From Balanoglossus misakiensis (lineage: Eukaryota; Animalia; Hemichordata): a DNA stretch of 64,000 bases. Below the pieces are notes generated by a model. That model did no database searches. It was not told the DNA's origin and worked only from the letters and a program-made list of their open reading frames with translations. The translations under genes were made by a program, and so were the position numbers. The stretch is from positions 6,350,137 through 6,414,136 of the forward strand of contig CM082595.2 of the NCBI GenBank assembly GCA_040954595.2, given 5' to 3'. Of this stretch, positions 54,678 to 64,000 are shown in pieces. The stretch's first letter is position 1. Every line of letters starts with the position of its first letter.

Positions 54678-56078
54678 CTGCAATGTGAAAATAATACTAA
54701 TTGTCATTAATTATGAAAGTTAAACACTCAGTGCATCACGATAGCTTTCTGACGATATCCATTTCCTTGTAGCTGATGCAGTGCCACGATTTGAAACATT
54801 CCGAAACATGCCGGCGACATATTCCGCGCCAAAATGAAATATAATCCCAGTAAGGCACCGTATGGTATTTGTATCGTTTTCTAGAAAAAACGAGTGGGAA
54901 TTGCTTTCGTAGAGTCGTGTATAGGAAATATGACACTAGTGCTGTAACATTATAGTTTACCAAATATGTTTTGCCGTATACATATTTCCACAAATGGAAT
55001 CACCCAGCATATTGCAACATTTTAAAACATTTACACCAAACACGTTCGATGGGAGTACCCCCTCCCCCCTCGGGAATTTGCTGTGGTAGGTCTACTCGCG
55101 TTACTACGTTCTCAGAGTAAGCATGCTAATTTTATTTTCAGCGTTTTGCAGGCATGCAAAGAATAAATGAACATTTATCAATTCTCTGTGAAAACCAAAA
55201 ACACCAAAACGTCAATAGCTGCCGTGACGATTCGTACCACAACATTGCAGCATTGTAGTGGTACAGGTTTGAAAAATTCCAAATTTAAGGGAAAATGGAC
55301 ATTGATTTTTTTAAGCTGAAGGGAACCTGGGCGGTAAATATTGTTAAATATAAACAATAACTTAAAGTAGTTTGAAAGAAGTATGGAGGAGACTTCATAA
55401 TTAACATATTTGACAGGTGCAACACATAATTTGTTGGCCACCTGCGCTGCACAAAGTGCTTTTGTTTCGTCGACAGTTTCAAAAGGAAATTGCTCAATGC
55501 AGTGCGGCGAATTCTGTAGTGTGCTTGAATTATAGACGAGTAAGTGTTGGTCACATGACACTTAAGTTAAACAACAGATAGCGTCTCCTTCGCAAACAAT
55601 ATAGCAAGTGTTAAGGAGAACGTTGACATTTGACATTTAATTGCACTTCATGAATTCCAAAGAATCTTGAGGAAAATTATTTCGGAAATTACATTTCCGA
55701 TTTCAGAACGACAGTACAGGTTGGCACGGGAAAATATTTAAACCTTTTTCTTTGCAGGGAGGGTGCATTATGGACATTGTTTGAGACAATTACTGGGGAA
55801 AAGTCTCAAATTAAAATGTTCAGCCGAAGGAAATAAATGCTTTTATTGGTTGCATGTCCGCACGTGTACATTTGTCGGTAGCAAAATCACATCAGTATTA
55901 ATAAGGCATGTTTACGGTCGACAACATACATCTCTATTAAAAACGTTAAACTCAAGATTCTGTAAATTTACAACATGATCAATCATGCAATGTACTAGCA
56001 TATAATGGTGTATCTAATAGCTTTACGAAGTAACAAAAATAGTGATTGTTTTGGTGATAATACAGGTTTTGAACTCAC

Positions 56079-56243
56079 GCTTGTTCAGGATTTCATCTTC
56101 ATCGTCCAAGAGTGGTGCCTCGATACCTTCAACTTCGATTGCTGTCTCCAGAGCAACCAGGTTTTCGGCCAGATCCTCTGAAAGTCCACGTATGAGCTGC
56201 ACCTCTTGCCTCAATGATGCCACGGCTGCACTGAAATCTTCTC
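56079..56243 (-). CDS. Gene B coding exon 2: acidic helical pro-region EDFSAAVASLRQEVQLIRGLSEDLAENLVALETAIEVEGIEAPLLDDEDEILNK(R)
   Basis: Acceptor cctgttatttcag|GA, phase 1 in and phase 1 out. The donor AAG C|GTGAGT splits the Arg codon of a KR site. Overlaps ORF-track entry 56023..56223. Confidence 0.88.
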
Positions 56244-56436
56244 CTGAAATAACAGGGCATATGGAGGTGCTATTGTGACCGTTTTCTCACAGAATCATGG
56301 CGTGAATCTTTCCCAAATCTCTTTCCATCATTCAAAATCTCTGAATCTAAAAGTTTCTTTTGAACTATGTTTGTGCTAGATGTTCTCACTTACCGGGGTA
56401 CTTATAAAAATTCTCATATAGATGGAGAGGAGTTTA

Positions 56437-56516
56437 GAGACAGAGAGAATGAGGGAGAGAGAGAGTGAGGAGGGAGGGGGGGGGAAGAAAGAGAGACAGT
56501 GAAAGAGAGAGAGAGA
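56437..56516. repeat. GA-rich low-complexity tract in intron 1 of gene B
   Basis: Read directly from the sequence. Confidence 0.85.
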
Positions 56517-56665
56517 TGCTAAATTGAGTCGATGACTTTAAAATGACATGATAGCAATGACAAGACAAGATGTTTTAGACAAGGAAACACAGTTTCGATG
56601 ATAGGAAACCGCATCCAATCATGGCTTTGAAAAAATTACTAGCCACAATTTCATTTACCACTTAC

Positions 56666-56762
56666 CAGACAGGACTTCTCGTTTTGTTTTTGACGTTGCA
56701 AATGTTGACGTTACACACAGTGTGCTGATAATCCAGCAAACAAGCAGTTTTGACGGCCCCAT
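56666..56762 (-). CDS. Gene B (LFWK-amide neuropeptide precursor), coding exon 1: MGPSKLLVCWIISTLCVTSTFATSKTKREVLS(G)
   Basis: ATG at 56762 lies ~89 nt downstream of TATAAA. Signal peptide is followed by KTKR. Canonical phase-1 donor G|GTAAGT. Confidence 0.85.
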
Positions 56763-56850
56763 CTTTTCACGAGTCTTAGCCTAGGTTTCCTTAAAAGATG
56801 CTTAGGGCATTAATTCTTCAAAAGAGACACAGAAATGCAAACGACCAGCC

Positions 56851-56856
56851 TTTATA
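56851..56856 (-). promoter_or_regulatory. TATA box of gene B
   Basis: agTTATAAAgg on the minus strand, ~89 nt upstream of the ATG. An octamer ATGCAAAT is at 56961-56968. Confidence 0.65.
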
Positions 56857-57710
56857 ACTTACTACAGTAATGAGTATGGTAATAACTAATGAGTGACACG
56901 CTGTGTTCAATTTGTAACTTATTTATGCAACAGGGATTCTTTTGTTCTAAATCACTTCACATGCAAATCTGAATCGCCAATGCGACTTAATTTCAGCTGA
57001 ACAAAACACCTTTTAATCATTCTATAGGTTATCAGGGTGTTATAATTATCAATAATTTAAGTGTAGGGTTTCTCCAGGTGGAAATCATAATCAATGCACA
57101 ACAGTGTGCAGAATTATTTAAAAGATAATTTCCACTTTAGCCTTCTTGAAAATCATGAAAATCTGGTTGTTTCCCCTTGCATAAATATGGGCGTTAAATC
57201 CAATAGTAACAGCGGAGGTGTAAAGGAAGAATCATGAAAGTTGTCCCCCTCCCCCCTTATTACCAAAAATCTCAGCTTTTCTATATTGTATACATGTATA
57301 TATCAAGGGCTGATTATTTAAAACAAAACATAGATTACTTCGTTTGAAAAGGGCATGCTGGTGTTTTCCTTCATACAAGCGTTATTTTCGTCACGTGTTC
57401 ATGAATTGAAATGTGTTTGTTTGTTTGTGATGAGTAAAGTCTCGTCACCTGGTGGGTTTTGAAAAAGCACCAGGTGCATGATCCTCTAAAGAATGCTCGT
57501 CTAAAGGGGCTTTCTTAGTATTGTCTGGCGGTACCCCCAGGTAGTTCGTAAAAATAAATATGGCATATAGGAGGTCAGGAGCGTGGTTTAACATTATAGC
57601 GATGAACAGGTGTATTTTCACGCCTTCTGTAGTTGATATGTGACTTTCCGTGTACAAGTGTGACATCCTTTAGCTTGACAGGCAGCTTTCCATCCTACTG
57701 TGTGAGAACT

Positions 57711-57810
57711 ATGCGAGTTTCAGTGACGCAAAACCACCCTGACGCATTTGGCAGCGCATTTGCAGTTAGTGGCCTGGCGGTGGAGGGGAAGTCCGAACGC
57801 CCGAGGTCGA
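57711..57810 (+). CDS. Candidate first coding exon of an unidentified gene divergent from gene B: MRVSVTQNHPDAFGSAFAVSGLAVEGKSERPRS(S)
   Basis: GC-richer segment with ATG at 57711 and a canonical phase-1 donor A|GTAAGT, compatible with the exon at 60981. Confidence 0.4.
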
Positions 57811-59570
57811 GTAAGTACAGTATCAGGAGGTAGAGAGCAGAACAAGTTGTCCAAAATCCATGAAAATGATCTTGTAAAGTCATGTCACCGAACGAAACAC
57901 ATAGTCAATAAAATTGTCATCTGGAGATAACAATAGGCCATGTTATGACCCTAGAATGACCTCCCATCTTGGTTGGCAGCAGCATACATCATTTGCATCC
58001 TTATGTAACAGAGAAAATTCTGTTTTTGTCCTTGTAGAACTAGCTTCAATGATGCACAAATTCAATAATATGTGGTTGTTTGTATACTAGAGTTTAAACT
58101 CGAAATGGTATATTCATGCAAACGAAATGCCAGGATGTACATGTGGCCATTTCCAAATTCTGTGGTCATTTGGTTTACATGTATGGCAGTCTAGCGCCCC
58201 CATGAGACGCTTCGAGCAAACTTGGCTTGGTGGCATTATTCACGTGCCGTGTTCTGTAGATTAAAATGAGCGATTGATCTGGTATTTAATAACATTCATG
58301 TGCCTATGAATTCCAGTTTTGTTAGTATTCTGATTCGTGTCTTAATGTGGATTTTTTTCAAAAAATGTCATCATCACTTTGTTACACAGAACGTCTCGGC
58401 AGTAAGCGACATTTGATCACTGCTTTGGTAGAGACAGGGTTGGGAATGATAAAATTGCAGACAACTATATTAACTGGACACACCTTATTTGCTACAAAAC
58501 TTCACTTGTTAGTATAAATAGCGCCACCTACAGCCAGTAGTGATAGACACATGTGTTTCATTTTTTATTCCTCTGCAAAACAGCTGGGCTTATGTCTGTG
58601 TTATACGGCACCACACCTAATTAATAAAATACGAGATTTACAGTGTTGTTCTTCCTTTGATAAGCTTGTGGGCACAATTTTCATGTTAATTAGTCAAGTA
58701 GAAGACCTTTTCTTTAACACTGTCAAAATATACTATTGGTAAATATTTAAGGTTCTGGAAGATCATCCAACGTACGATTTTTAGCTTAAGTTTTGTTACC
58801 CGTTATTGACACAAAGCCAATTTTTCTTGAGTCACACAGCACATAATATAAGAGAAAAAGTTCTGAGTAGTGTGAGGGTTGATATTCACCAAAGACGAAA
58901 TGCAAAAACTACAAAGAATAATTTCTGCATGGCAAATGAAATAGTAAAGTGCTGTTACTTGCTGCCTGGAAAGTGCACAGCAGCCTATAAAGATGCACAG
59001 TTGGGTGAAAGTAAACGTGACTAATTAGTTTGTTGCTTGTAGTTGCATGAATAGTATGCAACGTCGCCTTTCAGTTCACGGACAATGCACATCGACTTGA
59101 GCTCTTGGCGTTTAATCTGTTATAATGTCTTCCTGCCATGGCCTACAAAAATGCTCAATGAAAGGCTGTATCTGTCAGGCACGTGGTGGTCTAGCTACAA
59201 ACGCTAATCAACGCCCAAGAAACAAGTTTCACGTCATGCAATTTGGCCTGAGTTACGGTTATGTATATGAGACATATCATTTGATTGGATGATTGCCATC
59301 GAGTGGGGATTGAAATATCTCTTCGATAATCAGTGAACGTGTATGCATGGTTTCCCCAACGTTAAAAATAACTAGAATTCGAACTTAGACATTTCACTAA
59401 AACCCAGTAATCCATTAGCATTCACATGAACTATCTAACTTTATTGTTAGTTCCATCAACATCGAAATTGCGCTACTGTGTTCAAATGTCATTTATGAAC
59501 TATATATTGTTCCTGCTTTAATTCAACTCCAATTTTCTAAAACGCATGTTCAAATTACATGCTTTCACTC

Positions 59571-59819
59571 CAGTCTGATTAAAAGTAGATGTCTCTAGCA
59601 CGGCGACTTACACGGTAATATCTGGTGCTGTTGCCTTACACTACATCTGACCAAACCCCCCATAGAATGTTGCGTGCATATCTCACATTCCAAAACAATC
59701 TGATTGAAATCAGATGTAGTATACAGCCACATCTACACTTGTAGTATGGACAACAGCACCAGAGAAAACTGTGTAAGTATAGACATCACTGCATTCTACA
59801 TCTGACTTTAATCAGATTG
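59571..59819. mobile_element. Foldback/MULE-like MITE with long degenerate inverted arms and a 9-10 bp target-site duplication
   Basis: The arms share tctgattaaa, agatgt, acttacac and tctggtgctgttg in inverted orientation. The direct repeat ctttcactc occurs at 59562-59570 and 59821-59829. Confidence 0.6.
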
Positions 59820-60508
59820 ACTTTCACTCAAACCTAAACATGATGTTTGTGGGGTGAATACAATCAGATCAACTCATTTTATTACACTTGGGTTGTTTTC
59901 AATGAGCAAGCGAGCAAATTCTCTGTGAAACTTAACTGACTGTAACATTGTCAGGGTAAGGTAATATAATCTGTAGATTTAACCCTTTTAGGCATAAACC
60001 ACTATATAGGAGTAAAATTGGGTATGTAATCAGTAATGTCTGACATAATAAGAACCAGACACACATTAAGCAGCGAGTGATAACATTGCCTGGAGGATTA
60101 AATGGTCAAAATAGCGTGAAACTATACGTCTGCAAGTCAAGACATTTTGGAAATTCGGAACTGATGTACCCATAATGGAATGGTTCATCAGTTAACAGCA
60201 AGTCAGGAAAAATACATTCACAGCCAGTGATTATAATAACCATACCCTAATGATATTTTAACAGGTTAGAAATGTATGTGCCATATATTTTACACTCCCA
60301 ACGAAGCCCTTGGTATGAACAAATATCAATATTGCCCTTTGCTGGTACATTGTATTTTCTTATATCATGACTGTTTTAGTTGAATTTGGAACACATACAT
60401 GCACCTGTGTAATTTGTATTGTGGATTGATTAAACATTAAACATTTTGTTTGATATCTAATACCGGTATGTGTGGTTGCTATTGTTTTATCAACTGTCCT
60501 GGCTGTTA

Positions 60509-60512
60509 ATGG

Positions 60513-60543
<31 letters not shown>

Positions 60544-60572
60544 TGAGGTTGTGGTGTGGAGGAGGAGGAGGA
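60509..60572. repeat. (GAT)n/(GGT)n/(GGA)n compound triplet repeat
   Basis: Read directly from the sequence. Confidence 0.85.
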
Positions 60573-60980
60573 AGTTCGGGTATTGGTAATAGTAGGACTG
60601 GTGGTTTGAAAATAACCCTACCATGCCATCGATGACCCAAAGATCAGACGTGACATGGCTCAGAATGGCATGATCTGCTGCATGGTCACCTTAAAGTAAA
60701 AAAAAAAACAGAATTACCCCGGGGGCGTAGTCAACCTTTCCCCCTCATGGGGAAAGATGACTTGAGTTAATGGCACTTACAGGTACAAATTACGTCGTGG
60801 GCACACGAAAGATAACACTTGTAATTGAGATGCCGTGGGAAAACTAACCAGCAGCACTGTAATCATACTGGCATTGTTGAGATCAACCGACAGATCCCAT
60901 ATTTCTAAAATGTTTTACGTGAATCTGTTGTCTCTTTTCATTTTATGACTTTCATGTGTGTTTCATTTATTTTTTTTCAG

Positions 60981-61079
60981 GCGTATCCTTCAGAACCAGA
61001 GCACAACACTTCGCTGGAAAACCAACCCTTGGTACGATTTTAACGAAGTCGGATCAACAAAGACACCCACACAGTTTAT
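60981..61079 (+). CDS. Internal exon (99 nt) of an unidentified gene; phase-1 reading (S)VSFRTRAQHFAGKPTLGTILTKSDQQRHPHSL
   Basis: Very strong acceptor tttcatttattttttttcag and donor GTAAGT. Length is a multiple of 3. Two frames are open, so the reading frame is uncertain. Confidence 0.55.
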
Positions 61080-61145
61080 GTAAGTAAGATATGCATTACG
61101 TACGCGGGGAGGGATCCAATAAGACATTGCACACAATGTAGTTGT

Positions 61146-61356
61146 TACTGTAAAACACTTTATTTTCGCGAGCAATAAATTTTTCGCGAAATACGCGAGA
61201 GCCAAAATAGCGTGAAAATATAAAGTCGTGTAATTTTTTTTGAAGATACGATGCAGTGAATGAAATAAGAGAATGCAAAAATTAATACTCGCTACACAGT
61301 GGCCTCTCTCGATATCTCGAAAATTTTAACTCGTGAAAATAAAGTGTTTTACAGTA
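61146..61356. mobile_element. TA-flanked MITE with perfect 22-bp terminal inverted repeats
   Basis: tactgtaaaacactttattttc ... gaaaataaagtgttttacagta, with internal TTTTCGCG sub-repeats and no coding capacity. Confidence 0.85.
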
Positions 61357-64000
61357 TTTTGTGCTACACTGTATACATGTATCATGGTAAACAAGGTGTC
61401 GCTACTTTTTGTCACATTCCAATAAGCTTCTTTAATTAATATACATTGATACATTTGAACAATGCCAATGGTGTGTGTGTAAACAGAAAGTCTAGATAGA
61501 AAAATCCTGGAGCGGTTCTGGTATAAGCAGTCCTTTCGAATGAGTAAGACATTCATTCAGACGAGAAAATCAGCAGTCGGTTGCCTACGAAGAAAACAAA
61601 ATACAATATCCGTTTCAGATATATTCACAGGTGCGATGAGCAGATTATGCCCGCGTTGTACATTTCCGAAAAAAAACAGTGGTTTGGGGAAAGTCTGCAG
61701 TGCAAAGATACCCCCTTTGAGTTTGAACCGCATTAATATGATGACCGACGCCATGCAAATCCCAAAAGCTTCCATACGACACCAATATGTCTACTGATCA
61801 TTTGTTGTACATGTGACAGGCGCGTATTAGGCAGACCACTGCATATACATTCACAATGTGTTGGGCCTTTGGCCGGATGAAATATACATGATGTATTTTA
61901 ATCGACGGCTGCATAGGTGGGGCATGGCGACAGTGGTTTGTCCTAACACCATACAATATAATACAATACATCAAAGCTACAGTTCATGAGGAAGTGTCCC
62001 TACGGCGTGAATTTGTGTAAAATCCAAGTCGCGCTTAAAAGCGCACAATGCTGATATCATGACTTTTCTCTGCTGCCCACAGCCATTGTTGGTACTTTCC
62101 CAAGAAAGTCTTAGTATAAGAGATTGTAATCACCGAATTCTTACATTCAGTGAGTAATCTGCTTTTTTTTCGGTGGCGCATCACCGGCACAAAAAAAGCC
62201 ATAGCGCAAATCAATCTCCAAGACAAGAAAGTACAGATAAGCTAATTCGGTGGAGACACCGCTGGTGGCGCTCTTTCGGGTTGCCAAAGCGAATAACCGC
62301 GCTTGATTCTCGCAAGAGGTTTTGAGTTATCTCCTCCACTGCTGGCATTTCTTAACTCAAGATATGTTGGTGTGTGTGTGGGCATTGTTCACCACAAGCG
62401 AGAAATGCAAGTGACTCTGGTGTGGTTAGATTGTTGTTTAACACCCAGCCTTGTGCACTTTTGCCTGTCCAGTCTATAAAATTGTAGCAATAACATGGCG
62501 CGTTAGTTCCAACGTGCATTTTTTATCTAAAATTGTTATATATTAAATGTTATAGTTTATATTTGTTAAATGTGCGTACTTGGTATCGGTTCCTCAGCTA
62601 TATATGTAATATTTTGTGGCTAAATATCGGATATATTGACATATAAACAAATGAATAACATGAGGCCGTCAATCACAGCCTTATAATTATGCAAATGTTT
62701 AACATTCTGTTTACTTTCTCTGAAAACTTAATGCATAAATACCACGGATGACGTATTGACGTTGTTATCGAAGGCATTGTATGTTTTCTTGGCCTTGCGT
62801 GTTTTCAGCAGAACCACGGAAACTAGGAAAGATTAAAGACTAGGTTAGAAAAAAATTAAGGTAGAGCAAATGATTTAGCCAGACAACGGTGCAAACAACA
62901 ATGAGAAGCTTCTTCGAAAGTTATGACGCTTACTGAGTTTGCCACTAGTGATGATGGGTGTGTTGATCTGTCACGAGTAATTTTATGGAACCCTGTAACA
63001 CTGTTTTCCTCCGTAGAGATCCAACTTTAACACAATGCTCAATGGGTTTGGACCAAACTTGATGTGAGAGTGTTAAAAGTAGACAGCAACAGCTTATTTT
63101 AAATTCCGTTAAGGGTATATCAATATCTTCTTTCTTTTAATCCTCGAAACGTGTTCAAACGTCAATGTTGATTGTTGTGAAGTAAAGGTATGCATAACCC
63201 TGTATTTTTCTTGTTTCAAGTAGTTTGACCAATCACGTGACAGGTATGTTTCCAGGATGTACTGAGGATTTGATTATTGGTCAAATATCGATAGTGACAT
63301 ATGGGATTGAAGTTCATGTGATTGCTTTAAGTAAAATTCCATTAGGCCATCCTATAATTTACATGTATGCACTATTCTTGAAGCGAAGACAGCTATCCGG
63401 CGTAAATCAAAAGCAGTACTATCCCGCTGAAAACTTTAGAGTGATTTTAAGAGTCAGGTTTTAACACTTTGTCCGTGCTTCATTTTTGTCGCTTGCGTAC
63501 AGATTCCCTAGGCAGTAAAACAGAAATGCAATCAAACGAGTGTGATGTGTGTACGGCAGGGTTGGTCGTGTGCCTTCACAAATCAACGTGGAAGTTAAAC
63601 TGGGAAATTGTTTTTGGATTGTTTGAAAACAACAAGCGGGCAAACACAACCTCAGTGTGCATGCCGACATATTTCTTTAGCTTCCAAAATGGTTGACTCC
63701 ATGTTTGAATTCAGTTAATGATGGTGGCCATATCAAGCAAGGAGTAGGCATCTCATTCCTTTTCGCTTCCTTCTTATTCTCTCAAGGGCCAATACCACAT
63801 AACAGACGAGATGAACCACGACCTTTGGTTAAAGGGGCATTTGTTATTCATGGCTGACCCTTTTATCACCATATATATCTGTAGAAATACCCACGTCAAG
63901 GTATACGGGCCTTCAAGAAGGAATGAGGGGACTCGGAGGCTTCTAAACTTTCACAGAGATGTGTTTTGCTGCAGTATTTTTTCTCTGGTCACGACATACT

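Noticed and set aside
55178-55185. Alternative acceptor for gene B exon 3 (ggttttcacag|AG AAT TGA)
   Set aside because: Gives ...NKQN-stop, destroying the KR site and leaving no peptide. The 54677 acceptor restores KR and yields the LFWK shared with gene A.

Overview
AT-rich, microsatellite-rich, intron-containing animal DNA, probably an invertebrate deuterostome such as an acorn worm (inferred from repeat content and peptide type, not verifiable here). Almost all ORFs in the supplied track are spurious. Manual splicing shows two co-oriented, three-exon, TATA-driven neuropeptide precursor genes on the minus strand, both ending in an LFWK peptide released at a KR site. Gene A (36915->24303, 99 aa) yields a cyclic somatostatin/urotensin-II-like peptide, GPAPNACRLFWKNICW. 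Gene B (56762->54649, 96 aa) yields a cysteine-free, predicted amidated hexapeptide, DLFWKT-NH2, carrying the somatostatin FWKT core. Between them, on the plus strand, is a single-coding-exon, secreted, very acidic repeat protein (51452-52210). The window also holds a near-perfect RFX X-box next to gene A's TATA box, several full CRE sites, a few lower-confidence exons, several MITE-like elements and many microsatellites.
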